From NCBI GenBank assembly GCA_964630525.1, contig CAZVUY010000003.1, forward strand, positions 1 to 46,698: a DNA stretch of 46,698 nucleotides, read 5' to 3'. The DNA is from an uncultured Candidatus Saccharibacteria bacterium. Its GTDB lineage: Bacteria; Patescibacteriota; Minisyncoccia; Phycocordibacterales; WO2-35-19. Both the position numbers and the translations under genes were made by a program. The first letter of the stretch is position 1, and every line of letters starts with the position of its first letter. This document shows positions 16,623 to 25,735 of this stretch, piece after piece. The notes beneath the pieces are model-generated. The model was not told the origin of the DNA. It made no database searches and worked only from the letters and a program-made list of their open reading frames with translations.

Positions 16623-18157
16623 ACCTAATCTCAATCGGTACTGACAGGAAAGTTTTTGAAGAAGACTCGGCTGTACGGCAGAGGATTGTTGAGTACGGGA
16701 AGATTTTTGGGGAGATGCATATAGTCGTATTCTCAACCAGAATTATGAACCATGAATCTCGAATTAAGATTTCAGAAAATATATTTGCTTATCCTACCAA
16801 CTCAAAAAATAAATTTTTTTATATTTTCGATGCATTTAAAATTGGAAAAGCTCTCAGCTCTAAGCTCAAAGCCTTAAACTCGGTTATTTCTACTCAGGAT
16901 CCATTTGAAACTGGCCTAGTCGGGTTGGGTCTCAAATTGTTTTGTAAATTACCATTGCAGGTGCAAATCCACACTGATTTTACGAATAGACATTTTATTT
17001 TTCATTCCTTGCTCAATTTTTTGAGATTTCCGATCGGTTTGTTCGTGCTTAGTTTTGCCGATTCGGTCAGAGTGGTTTCGGGGCGGGTGGCAAAGAGTGT
17101 TCATTCTCTTGCTCACAATATTTCGGTTTTACCCATTTTAACGGAACACAAGTCACAAGTTACAAGCCATAAGTCACAAGTTGAAGATAAAATAACATTT
17201 CTGACAGTAGCGAGATTGGAGAAAGAAAAAGATATAGATACTGCTATTAGGGCTTTTAAAAAAGTTTTGGATAAAATAGATGTCGAAGATCCTGAGCAAA
17301 GTCGAAGGACCGAATTTGTAATAGTGGGGGATGGGAGTGAGAGAAGAAGCTTAGAGCTTTTAGCTGAAAGCTTAAAGATAGAAGATAAAGTTGAATTTGC
17401 CGGGTGGCAAAACGACCTCACCAAATACTACCAAAAAGCCGATGTGTATGTTTCAACTTCTCTTTACGAAGGGTATGGCATGTCGATAGTTGAAGCGGCT
17501 TCTTGTGGTTTAGCTTTAGTTATTTCAGACACCGGTGTCGCTGGCGGTTTGTTTAAAAATGGTGAGGCGGCCATTGTTTGTCAGCAAAAAGATGTAGCTG
17601 GTTTTGCAGATGCCATGTTTAATCTGGCATCAGATAGATCGCTCGGGTCTCGACTAGGTGAAAGGGCGAAATCGGTGGCAGACAAGCACCAAATCAATCT
17701 CGTTGATTATTTAAATAAGTATAAACAATCAGTAATTGATGCCAGTCAATTTTTTAATTCAGGGCATGGTATTTTTAAGAAAAATATTTTACTGCGTTAT
17801 TTGGTGGCGGGTATTACTGGTGCCGCTACTCAAATAGGGTTGCTTTATGTTTTTACTGATATTGTAGGGCTTTGGTATTTATATTCATCAATCTTTTCAT
17901 TTTTGGCTGCCATCATTGTCAGCTTCCTGCTCCAAAAGTTTTGGACATTTGCCGACAAAAAGACTGACAAAATGCATCACCAGTTTGGTAAATATATGGT
18001 AGTGGCCATCTTAGGGCTCCTCGTTAACACTCTTGCCATGTTTCTCTTGGTTGACCTCTTATTCTTGTGGTACATTTTGGCTCAAATTATAACTGGCGCC
18101 ATAATAGCAGTGATGAACTTTCTGATGTATAAGTTTTTTATTTTCCATAAAAATTAA
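16619..18157 (+). CDS. Fusion protein: GT4 glycosyltransferase plus a C-terminal GtrA-like four-TM domain
   Basis: 512 aa. GT4 motif SLYEGYGMSIVEAASCGLALVISDTG. The C-terminal ~130 aa, LLRYLVAGITGAATQIGLLYVFTD...FLLQKFWTF...IAVMNFLMYKFFIF, are typical of the GtrA family. Confidence 0.8.
   Translation: MNLISIGTDRKVFEEDSAVRQRIVEYGKIFGEMHIVVFSTRIMNHESRIKISENIFAYPTNSKNKFFYIFDAFKIGKALSSKLKALNSVISTQDPFETGLVGLGLKLFCKLPLQVQIHTDFTNRHFIFHSLLNFLRFPIGLFVLSFADSVRVVSGRVAKSVHSLAHNISVLPILTEHKSQVTSHKSQVEDKITFLTVARLEKEKDIDTAIRAFKKVLDKIDVEDPEQSRRTEFVIVGDGSERRSLELLAESLKIEDKVEFAGWQNDLTKYYQKADVYVSTSLYEGYGMSIVEAASCGLALVISDTGVAGGLFKNGEAAIVCQQKDVAGFADAMFNLASDRSLGSRLGERAKSVADKHQINLVDYLNKYKQSVIDASQFFNSGHGIFKKNILLRYLVAGITGAATQIGLLYVFTDIVGLWYLYSSIFSFLAAIIVSFLLQKFWTFADKKTDKMHHQFGKYMVVAILGLLVNTLAMFLLVDLLFLWYILAQIITGAIIAVMNFLMYKFFIFHKN
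16849..16880. repeat. AGCT-phased heptad array V
   Basis: AGCT at 16849, 16856 and 16863, AGCC at 16870, and AACT at 16877. Confidence 0.8.
17147..17181. repeat. Tandem heptamer array CACAAGT CACAAGT TACAAGC CATAAGT CACAAGT
   Basis: Read directly. It encodes HKSQVTSHKSQV in the interdomain region of the GT4-GtrA fusion. Confidence 0.9.
17348..17379. repeat. AGCT-phased heptad array VI
   Basis: AGCT at 17348, 17355, 17362 and 17369, with AGAT at 17376. Confidence 0.8.
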
Positions 18158-18164
18158 TCGTTCT

Positions 18165-19229
18165 ATGAAGCTTTTGGTTATAACTCAAAAAGTAGACAAA
18201 AATGATCCGGTACTCGGGTTCTTTCATAATTGGCTCTCTAAACTAGCCCCCAAATTTGAGCGTATTTCTGCAATTTGTTTACAAGAAGGGGTGTCTGATT
18301 TACCAAACAATGTTGGTGTTTATTCCCTAGGTAAAGAGTCTTTAGTTAAAAGTTTGGAGTTTGGAGCTCGGAGTTGGCAAAAAATAAAATATGTTTGGAA
18401 CTTCTATAAATATATTTGGCAGTTTAGAAGCGAGTATGATGCGGTGTTTGTCCACATGAACCAAGAATATGTTTTGCTCGGAGGTCTTTTTTGGAAGTTG
18501 CTTGGTAAAAAAATATATTTCTGGAGGAACCATCCGAAAGGGAGTTGGCTAACCGAAGTTGCTGTTTGGTTTTCCGAAAAAGTTTTTTGTACCTCGACCC
18601 ATTCTTTTACCGCTAAATTTAAGAAAACTGAAATTTTGCCGGTTGGTATTGATACCGATCTGTTTTTTATTGATAACAAAGTGCCCGTCTTGCCAAATTC
18701 GATTTTATCGCTCGGGAGGATTTCTCCCATAAAAAATATAGATAAGATGGTGGAATTGGCTTTTGCTTTAGACAAAGAAGGTGTGGATTTCGTTTTAGAT
18801 ATTGTGGGAGATCCGGTTAATCCTGAAGATTATCAATATTTGGAAAGATTGGTTGCCAGGTCAAAAACCCTCAATGATAAAGGTAAGATAAATTTTATTT
18901 CAGCAGTTTCCCAAGAAGGAGCTGCGCTTATGTTTAAAAGTCATGAAATTTTTATAAATCTGACCCCATCTGGCAGTATGGATAAGACAATTTTGGAGGC
19001 TGTGGCTTCTGGCTCTATTCCGGTCGTTATTAATAAATTTTTTAGCGGTATTTTTGAAGAAAAAATGATAACATCAGGAGAACCCGAAGATTTGCTATCA
19101 AAGATTGTTTATTGGTTAAAAACTGACCCTGTTTCTAGGAGAGACGCCTCAACAAAGATGATTGATTATGTTATCGAACAACACAGTTTGTTGGCTTTAA
19201 TTGGACAAATATCTAAAATTATAAAATGA
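18165..19229 (+). CDS. Glycosyltransferase (GT1/GT4-like GT-B fold)
   Basis: 354 aa. C-terminal motif GSMDKTILEAVASGSIPVV and N-terminal KLLVITQKVDKNDPVLGFF. The stop overlaps the next start (ATGA). Confidence 0.7.
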   Translation: MKLLVITQKVDKNDPVLGFFHNWLSKLAPKFERISAICLQEGVSDLPNNVGVYSLGKESLVKSLEFGARSWQKIKYVWNFYKYIWQFRSEYDAVFVHMNQEYVLLGGLFWKLLGKKIYFWRNHPKGSWLTEVAVWFSEKVFCTSTHSFTAKFKKTEILPVGIDTDLFFIDNKVPVLPNSILSLGRISPIKNIDKMVELAFALDKEGVDFVLDIVGDPVNPEDYQYLERLVARSKTLNDKGKINFISAVSQEGAALMFKSHEIFINLTPSGSMDKTILEAVASGSIPVVINKFFSGIFEEKMITSGEPEDLLSKIVYWLKTDPVSRRDASTKMIDYVIEQHSLLALIGQISKIIK

Positions 19230-19918
19230 ACCAAACTCTGTCTGTAGTTATACCGGTTTTCAACGAGAAGAACACCCTATATAAAGTTTTTGATAGTGTC
19301 TTGGGTGCTGATGTTGGTAATCTGAATAAAGAAATAGTAATAGTCGATGATTTTTCTCAAGACGGCACCAGGGAGATATTGAAGAGTTTTAACTCAAAAG
19401 GGTTGAAAGTTCTTTTTAATGAAAAAAATAAAGGCAAGGGTTTTTCGGTGAGACGAGGTCTAAAGGAGGCCACGGGAGATTTTATTATTATTCAGGATGC
19501 GGATTTGGAGTATGACCCTAAAGAATACAAAAAAATGTTGGCACCACTGATTTCTGGTCAAGCTGACGTTGTTTATGGATCAAGGTTTTTAGAAAGTTCT
19601 TTTATTGCAAAGCCTTATTATTTTGCAAATGTTTTTCTAACTATGCTCTCCAACATTTTCACCGGATTTTCTATTTCAGATATGGAAACTTGTTACAAGT
19701 GTTTTACAAAAGATGCTTTAGGTAAAATTTTGCCAAAACTTACATCAGATCGTTTTGATATAGAGCCAGAGATCACGGCAATGGTTTCTAAATTTAAGTT
19801 AAGAATTATGGAGGTGCCGATTGATTACCAAAGGAGAACCTATGCAGACGGCAAAAAAATAAGCTGGAAGGATGGTCTTGAGGCGATATTTGCTATCATT
19901 AAATTTGGTTTAAGATGA
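19226..19918 (+). CDS. GT2 polyprenyl-phosphate glycosyltransferase (GtrB/ArnC/DPM1-like)
   Basis: 230 aa. Motifs LSVVIPVFNE, VDDFSQDGT and IIQDADLEYDP. The stop overlaps the next start. Confidence 0.85.
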   Translation: MNQTLSVVIPVFNEKNTLYKVFDSVLGADVGNLNKEIVIVDDFSQDGTREILKSFNSKGLKVLFNEKNKGKGFSVRRGLKEATGDFIIIQDADLEYDPKEYKKMLAPLISGQADVVYGSRFLESSFIAKPYYFANVFLTMLSNIFTGFSISDMETCYKCFTKDALGKILPKLTSDRFDIEPEITAMVSKFKLRIMEVPIDYQRRTYADGKKISWKDGLEAIFAIIKFGLR

Positions 19919-20976
19919 AGATCAATTTTACATTGTTAATTTGCGTTGTTTTGTTGGCGATATCGTCTGTTCTTTTTCTGAAACCAGCCATACAAGGTGA
20001 TGGAGATACTTATTTTGAGGCCATGGAAGTACTAAAAACCGGTAGTGTACCGGATGGGTTTGTGCCTAATAGGATACTCACTACTTTTTTGGGTTTGGAA
20101 ACAGCTCTTTTTTTCATAAAATTTTTGGGAAGTATAAATGGTTGGTTGTTGATGAATGTAGTGTTTTACTTGCTATCCTCTGTCTTATTTTATAATTTGC
20201 TTATAAAAATATTTGAATCAGAAAAAGTGGCTTTAATTAGCACTATTTTGCTGGCTTCAAATTATGCAATGTTGAAATTTGGCCTGAATTTTTTAATGGA
20301 TATCGGGGGCTGGGCTTTTTATGTTATTTCTCTCTTATTTGTTTTTATTTATCTAGAGACAAAAACAAAAAAGTACATATTTTGGACCGCAATTTCAGTT
20401 GGTATTGGTGGATTATTCAAGGAGTACGCTTTCTTAGGTGCCATACCATTGTTCGTTGCTTTGTTATACGAAAACAGAAAAGATTTTAAGCTTTTAATTA
20501 GAAATAATCTTTTACCGTTTACAATAATTACAGTACCAACTCTATTGCTTCATGTTTTTGTTTATCGCAAGTTTGGCTACACTTATTTTGATTGGTTGGA
20601 TATGAATCAAGATATTTATGTCTACACTTCCCGATTGACGGAGTATGTAAAAAGTTTAGGATCTTTATTGAATCTGACTGGTCTTATTTTTTGTTTTGGC
20701 GCTTGGTTTTTATACAAGGAGTGGGGAGTAATTGACGAAAAAAGAAAATTATTTTTAATCTCTGTTGGAATGTCTGTTTTACCAATATTTTTGTGGCCAG
20801 CCATCACCCAGAGAGTTTTGTTTGTTATATTACCTTTTATTATTATCGTGTCAGGATTTTTTATTAAAAAACACGAAGAAAAATGGTATTTATTTTTACC
20901 TTTTTTGGTTCTGTACATCCTAATTAACTTCACAATGGACTCATTTATTCTCCAAGCAGTTAATTTGCCTTTCTGA
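19915..20976 (+). CDS. Polytopic membrane protein, putative GT-C fold glycosyltransferase (ArnT/PMT-like)
   Basis: 353 aa with about 10 hydrophobic segments. It is translationally coupled to the GtrB-like GT2. The family assignment is by context and topology only. Confidence 0.55.
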   Translation: MKINFTLLICVVLLAISSVLFLKPAIQGDGDTYFEAMEVLKTGSVPDGFVPNRILTTFLGLETALFFIKFLGSINGWLLMNVVFYLLSSVLFYNLLIKIFESEKVALISTILLASNYAMLKFGLNFLMDIGGWAFYVISLLFVFIYLETKTKKYIFWTAISVGIGGLFKEYAFLGAIPLFVALLYENRKDFKLLIRNNLLPFTIITVPTLLLHVFVYRKFGYTYFDWLDMNQDIYVYTSRLTEYVKSLGSLLNLTGLIFCFGAWFLYKEWGVIDEKRKLFLISVGMSVLPIFLWPAITQRVLFVILPFIIIVSGFFIKKHEEKWYLFLPFLVLYILINFTMDSFILQAVNLPF

Positions 20977-21001
20977 TGCTGATCTAATAACCTTCAATAA
21001 A

Positions 21002-21715
21002 ATGTATAAAAACAAAAAAGTGAGCGTTGTTATTCCGACCTACAATGAAGCCGAGAGTATCCGGGGGGTGATAGAAGGACTTTTTGCCACCAATCTGATC
21101 GATGAGGTGGTGGTGGTCGATAACAATGCCTTGGGTAACACCAAAGAAGAGGTGCGAAAAACAAAGGCCACTTTGGTTCATGAGCCTAGGCAAGGTTATG
21201 GTCACGCCATTATGAGGGGCTTGATTGAAGCTAAAGGTGATTTGATAATAATGACAGAGGCTGATGGTACTTTTCAGTCTCGGGATGTTGAAAAACTATT
21301 GTCATACAGTGAGGATTTTGATGCAGTTTTGGGTACACGCACTTCCAGGGCGGCAATCTATTCTGGCGCTTTTATGCCTTTTCCAGTCAGATTCGGCAAT
21401 TGGCTTTGGGCCAAGATTATCGAAGTGCTTTTCAATGGTCCGGTTTTGACGGATGTTGGCTGTACCTATAAATTGGTTAACAGGAAGCTACTTGAAGAAA
21501 TCAAAGGGTATTTTAAATACTCAAAAGGGGATGGGACATTTAGCCCCGAGCTTATGATCTGGCTTCTGAAAAAGGAGAAGAAAATAATAGAGATCCCTGT
21601 CATTTATCAGGAAAGAGTAGGGAAGTCTGGGTACACAGGCAGTATTTGGAAGGCGGCAAAGTTGGGTGTAAAGATGTTGCCAGTGATCGCTAGGTACAGG
21701 TTTAAGAGTATTTAA
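21002..21715 (+). CDS. GT2 polyprenyl-phosphate glycosyltransferase (second GtrB/DPM1-like copy)
   Basis: 237 aa. Motifs VSVVIPTYNE, VVVDNNALGNT and IIMTEADGT. Confidence 0.85.
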   Translation: MYKNKKVSVVIPTYNEAESIRGVIEGLFATNLIDEVVVVDNNALGNTKEEVRKTKATLVHEPRQGYGHAIMRGLIEAKGDLIIMTEADGTFQSRDVEKLLSYSEDFDAVLGTRTSRAAIYSGAFMPFPVRFGNWLWAKIIEVLFNGPVLTDVGCTYKLVNRKLLEEIKGYFKYSKGDGTFSPELMIWLLKKEKKIIEIPVIYQERVGKSGYTGSIWKAAKLGVKMLPVIARYRFKSI

Positions 21716-21724
21716 ACAAATAAT

Positions 21725-22372
21725 ATGGAAGATAAATATTACAAATCAAGGTATGTTTTCGATCCAAGAAGAAGCATTGTCTGGCAAGAGATCGTAAAGT
21801 TTGAATCAAAATTTATTCCCAAAAACGGAACAGTGATTGATCTGGGTGCTGGTTATTGTGATTTCATAAACAACGCTGTGGCGGAAAAAAGGTACGCCGT
21901 TGATTCTTCTCCAGAACTCTCAAACTTTGCTTCAAAAGAGGTATTTCAGATAAACAAAGAAGCTTGGGAACTCTCTGAAATAGGGGACGGCTCTGTTGAT
22001 GTGGTGCATGCCAGCAATTTGTTTGAACACTTTAGTGATGAGGAGCTCTCTAGAGTGATGAGAGAAGTCAAGAGAGTTTTAAAAAAAGGTGGCAAACTGA
22101 TTTTGATGCAGCCAAACTACAGACTAAACCCACACCACTATTTTGACGATCCTACTCATAAAAAAGTTTTTAGTGATGCTGCCCTGGAAAGTTTCCTTCT
22201 TTCTCACGATATGAAAATTGTTTTGAAGATGCCCCGATTCCTACCTTTTTCGATGAAGTCAAATTCTTCTATTATTTCAAACTCACTTTTACCACTCATT
22301 GTCCGTGCTTATATTCATTCTCCGTTCAAACCCTTTGCAGGTCAAATGCTTTTTGTGGCTGAAAAAATATAA
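21725..22372 (+). CDS. Class I SAM-dependent methyltransferase
   Basis: 215 aa. Motif I VIDLGAGYCDF, plus VDVVHASNLFEHF and KKGGKLILMQPN. Confidence 0.8.
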   Translation: MEDKYYKSRYVFDPRRSIVWQEIVKFESKFIPKNGTVIDLGAGYCDFINNAVAEKRYAVDSSPELSNFASKEVFQINKEAWELSEIGDGSVDVVHASNLFEHFSDEELSRVMREVKRVLKKGGKLILMQPNYRLNPHHYFDDPTHKKVFSDAALESFLLSHDMKIVLKMPRFLPFSMKSNSSIISNSLLPLIVRAYIHSPFKPFAGQMLFVAEKI

Positions 22373-22378
22373 TTAAGA

Positions 22379-22422
22379 AACCCCACACCACCTGGTTTCG
22401 TTAAAGGTTTTGGTGTGGGGTT
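22379..22422. terminator. Bidirectional-looking hairpin between convergent genes
   Basis: AACCCCACACCA (22379-22390) pairs with TGGTGTGGGGTT (22411-22422), giving a 12-bp stem. Confidence 0.6.
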
Positions 22423-22426
22423 AATA

Positions 22427-22570
22427 CTAAATGCCTGCAGTGGTCAAGATGCCGCCCAACCCGATTAGGCCCAAGCTTAGGAATAGCTTGAGTCCCTGGT
22501 TTTTGGGGGTTTTGAAATACAACCTAACACCCACAAACAAGGCCAATATACCGATTATTGGTATTGACAT
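22427..22570 (-). CDS. Unlisted 47-aa two-TM mini-protein
   Basis: My own translation: MSIPIIGILALFVGVRLYFKTPKNQGLKLFLSLGLIGLGGILTTAGI. A GGAAGGAGAG RBS lies upstream (reverse complement of 22578-22587). The hairpin above follows the stop. It is below the 60-aa track cutoff. Confidence 0.45.
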   Translation of the reverse strand: MSIPIIGILALFVGVRLYFKTPKNQGLKLFLSLGLIGLGGILTTAGI

Positions 22571-22661
22571 ATCGCTGCTCTCCTTCCTGTTTTGATTATA
22601 CAATGTATATGTAAATAATGCAAATTTTGGTCAATTCTCGATTCATGTTAAATTCATTGTA

Positions 22662-24305
22662 ATGAAAAGGGGCGAAAAAATTATTTTTGCTGGAATTGTC
22701 GCGGTTTTTATAGTTCTCCATATTTTTGGTTTAAGTCAGCCTTACCATCAAGACGAATACAAATGGCCGATTATTGTAAACCCACAGCTTACCGAGCCGG
22801 GTGGCATACCACATCCACCAGTAGGGGAGTTTATCTACCGACAAGCAGGGTTTTTGGTTGGGTATGACAACTTTCGTCTCATACCAGCCTTTTTTGGTCT
22901 TCTAAACTTATTACTTCTGTTTTATTTGGTAAAAAATATTTTTGACACCAGGACGGCTCTTTGGAGCACGGGTATTTTTGCTCTTTCTTTTTATTCTCTC
23001 CTCGCTTCTCTCATGGTTGATACCGATGGGGCGATCATGCCATTTTTCTTTCTTCTCATGGCGGTTGGGTACATGAAGCTTAGAGCTAAAAGCTTTGAGC
23101 TTAGAGATGGGGGATTCAAATGGCTGATTCTCTTAGGATCAGCTGCTATTTTAGGGTTTTTAGTTAAAGCAAGTTTTATTATAGGGATTGGTGCTCTGGT
23201 CTTGGATTTTATATTTGAGAAGGGTGTGTTTGGTGACAAGAAGAAGGTTTTAAAATATATTGTTTTAGGCTTAGGTATTTTTGCTTTGTTGATTATATTG
23301 CTGTTTCTTTCTAAATTAATCTTTCCTTTTTTCAATCTGCAATCTTCAATTTCATATTGGAGTCACTTTATTAAGTTTTCTGGTAGAGGCTGGATGCAGA
23401 CTTTTATACAATTTGTGAAAGGTCTTTTATACCTTTCTCCTTTGTTAGTCTTAACGCCTTTTCTGGTGACAAAAGAAGATTTTAAAAAAGTAAGACCTTT
23501 TATATTTTTCATTGTTCTTGGTTTGTTTTTTTACATTATTCTTTTTGATTTTTCAGCAGGTGCTTTGGACCGCTATTTGCAGTTTTTGGTAGTACCACTT
23601 TGTGTGATTTCCGGAGCGGTGATTGTTAAGGCCTCACTCCAGAGGTGTGAGGCGGTTTTTCCAATAATTTTATCTATCGCTGTTTTTTCTCTCCAATTTT
23701 TTAACCATCACGTTCCTCCTCTATACCCGAAGAGTGAATGGGTGAGCAGGGTATTTTCATTGAAGTGGAATTTTTTGTACCCGTTTAGCGGTGGGTCAGG
23801 TCCTTTGGGTTTCTATATTTCTTTTATGGCGATTGGAATTTTTTGGATTATTGGGGTGATACTAGTTATTACTTATTTTAAAAATAAAAACTTAAAGAGT
23901 GGAGTGGTAGTCGGTCTCTTGGTCATCGGCATCTTTTACAACGGAATCTTTATTGAAGAATATCTTTTTGGTCAGATCAATGGCTCAGCTAAAAAGCTGG
24001 TAAATGAGTCCGTAGCTTTTATTAAAGAAAATCCTGATATAGAGCGGGTAGTCGTTTACAATGACAACGGCGGGTTTGAGGTGATGAAAACAGGTAAGTA
24101 TGTCAGGCGTCTCTATGCTACCCCTCAATTTGAAGGAACCTATCGAGATTTTTTCAAGAACTTTTCCGGGCATGTTTTTTATCTAGATATTCCAAGAATA
24201 GGGGAAAATAATTTTTACTCTGAGTACTTAAATTCTTGCTTACATGTATATAAAAGTGAAGACGAATACATGACGTCTTGGATTTTATATTGCGATCGCG
24301 TGTAA
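22662..24305 (+). CDS. GT-C fold membrane glycosyltransferase (ArnT/PMT, GT39/GT83-like)
   Basis: 547 aa. N-terminal region HQDEYKWP...PHPPVGEFIY, about 12 TM segments, and a soluble C-terminal domain. Confidence 0.7.
   Translation: MKRGEKIIFAGIVAVFIVLHIFGLSQPYHQDEYKWPIIVNPQLTEPGGIPHPPVGEFIYRQAGFLVGYDNFRLIPAFFGLLNLLLLFYLVKNIFDTRTALWSTGIFALSFYSLLASLMVDTDGAIMPFFFLLMAVGYMKLRAKSFELRDGGFKWLILLGSAAILGFLVKASFIIGIGALVLDFIFEKGVFGDKKKVLKYIVLGLGIFALLIILLFLSKLIFPFFNLQSSISYWSHFIKFSGRGWMQTFIQFVKGLLYLSPLLVLTPFLVTKEDFKKVRPFIFFIVLGLFFYIILFDFSAGALDRYLQFLVVPLCVISGAVIVKASLQRCEAVFPIILSIAVFSLQFFNHHVPPLYPKSEWVSRVFSLKWNFLYPFSGGSGPLGFYISFMAIGIFWIIGVILVITYFKNKNLKSGVVVGLLVIGIFYNGIFIEEYLFGQINGSAKKLVNESVAFIKENPDIERVVVYNDNGGFEVMKTGKYVRRLYATPQFEGTYRDFFKNFSGHVFYLDIPRIGENNFYSEYLNSCLHVYKSEDEYMTSWILYCDRV
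23077..23108. repeat. AGCT-phased heptad array VII
   Basis: AGCT at 23077, 23084, 23091 and 23098, with AGAT at 23105. Confidence 0.8.
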
Positions 24306-24314
24306 GTTTTAAGC

Positions 24315-24342
24315 TTGCATAATTTTTAATTAGTGGTATAGT
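24315..24342 (+). promoter_or_regulatory. Sigma-70-like promoter TTGCAT-N16-TATAGT
   Basis: Hexamers at 24315-24320 and 24337-24342. GGAGG (24349-24353) lies 5 nt before ATG 24359. Confidence 0.5.
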
Positions 24343-24358
24343 TGTAATGGAGGCAAAA

Positions 24359-24730
24359 ATGGAGTACCTTTTCAAGGGGAGTATTTGTTTTTCGCGGGGT
24401 GTCCGGGTAACCATCTTCTTGCGAGATATCACTGATGGATGCTGGGAACCTGTATGCCGTGTGCCTGGTGAGGGGGGTTACTGGCCCTACCACAAATTGG
24501 TAGACAGTGCCTTCGATCGGTGGGTGACAAAGGGTCGTTTCAAGAGGATCAAGGATTCGTCCCTGCTCTCAGTTCTACGGACGGTCAGGTCAGAAAGACA
24601 AGAGGGTATAGATCCCCACTCAAGGACCTACCGTTTTTTACCAAGAGGTTACAGTATGGATCAACTGGATCAACCAGTCTTCATACTGACTGATGACAAG
24701 AGTGATCTCAGTGGGTCCATTCGTGTGTAG
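24359..24730 (+). CDS. Hypothetical protein, GC-rich orphan
   Basis: 123 aa from ATG 24359 (the track start 24347 sits inside the RBS). It has its own promoter and a strong terminator. I recognise no family. Confidence 0.55.
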   Translation: MEYLFKGSICFSRGVRVTIFLRDITDGCWEPVCRVPGEGGYWPYHKLVDSAFDRWVTKGRFKRIKDSSLLSVLRTVRSERQEGIDPHSRTYRFLPRGYSMDQLDQPVFILTDDKSDLSGSIRV

Positions 24731-24735
24731 ACTTA

Positions 24736-24769
24736 CAGAGGTTGGTTGTTGCAGCCAACCTCTGTTTCT
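24736..24769 (+). terminator. Rho-independent terminator
   Basis: CAGAGGTTGG (24736-24745) pairs with CCAACCTCTG (24755-24764), followed by TTTCT. Confidence 0.8.
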
Positions 24770-24793
24770 GTACTATAATTTAAGGAGAAAATC

Positions 24794-25132
24794 ATGAAAA
24801 GAATTCACTCGGTTATAGGTCTAAAAAAAGACAAAATGAATGAGTACTGGAGTCTTCACCGGAGAGTCTGGCCGTCCGTGCTGAAACGGATTAAAGATTC
24901 AAATATTCAAAATTACTCCATAGCCTTGTATCTACGGGAAAGTGGAGAGATGCTGCTAGTTTCCTATTTTGAATATGTCGGCTCTGATTATGCTGCTGAC
25001 ATGAAAAAGATAGGAGATGATCCGGAGACTCAAAGGTGGTGGGAGCTTACCGCTCCACTGCAAGAGCGGGTGTCAGAGGCTAAAGAAGGTGAGTGGTGGC
25101 ATGAACTGCTAGAGGTTTTCCATGCTGATTAA
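24794..25132 (+). CDS. rhaM: L-rhamnose mutarotase family protein
   Basis: 112 aa. Resembles RhaM: EYWSLHRRVWPSVLKRIKDSNIQNYSIALY...ETQRWWELTAP. AAGGAG RBS with TATAAT upstream. Confidence 0.75.
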   Translation: MKRIHSVIGLKKDKMNEYWSLHRRVWPSVLKRIKDSNIQNYSIALYLRESGEMLLVSYFEYVGSDYAADMKKIGDDPETQRWWELTAPLQERVSEAKEGEWWHELLEVFHAD

Positions 25133-25138
25133 AAAATG

Positions 25139-25157
25139 CCCCGGTGAAGAATCGGGG
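25139..25157. terminator. Bidirectional terminator hairpin between convergent genes
   Basis: CCCCGGT pairs with ATCGGGG. An A-run lies upstream and T8 downstream. Confidence 0.7.
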
Positions 25158-25685
25158 TTATTTTTTTTGATTTTTTGCCAAAATCATTTTTTCTATATAA
25201 GTAGAAGAGATTGGTATAAAATCTTTCGCCGATAAGTCTATAAGTTTTAATTTGGCCCCGTATTTTTTAGCAAGCAATCGTTTTTCTTTGATTGACTTAT
25301 CTTTGTTACCCAAAGCAAATATATGCGGTTTTATTTTTGATAGAAGCTTCTCAAAATCTATTCGGCTTGGCATCTGCACTTTTTCCTTGGCTATAATTAC
25401 GAAATCAACCACCTCTAGTCCGGCTAGGGTGCTCGCCCGCAAATCTTCAGTTATGATTGGTCTAGTCTTTCCTTTGATGGTTTGCACTGTTTTATCAGAA
25501 CCAAGGGAAACAAATAAAACATCACCCATCTGTCTGGCTTTGGTAAGGGTCATTATGTGCCCAATGTGAAATATATCGAAAACTCCAGAAAGCATTACCA
25601 ATTTTTTGCCTTGTTTTTTAAGGATCCCAGCCCTTTTTTCTGCTTGTTGATAATTAATAATTTTGTGTTTTGGATCAAAAATCAT
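25158..25685 (-). CDS. Cytidylyltransferase-fold sugar-phosphate nucleotidyltransferase (HldC/RfaE domain II-like)
   Basis: Motifs MLSGVFDIFHIGH (HxGH), GDVLFVSLGSDKTVQTIKGKTRPI and LEVVDFVII. The start was set at ATG 25685 (MIFDPKH). The track extension to 25778 overlaps the upstream kinase gene and a hairpin at 25709-25732. Confidence 0.75.
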   Translation of the reverse strand: MIFDPKHKIINYQQAEKRAGILKKQGKKLVMLSGVFDIFHIGHIMTLTKARQMGDVLFVSLGSDKTVQTIKGKTRPIITEDLRASTLAGLEVVDFVIIAKEKVQMPSRIDFEKLLSKIKPHIFALGNKDKSIKEKRLLAKKYGAKLKLIDLSAKDFIPISSTYIEKMILAKNQKK

Positions 25686-25735
25686 GACATTTTGGATAAT
25701 AACAAACAACCCCCTGTTATTCCAGGGGGTTGGGT

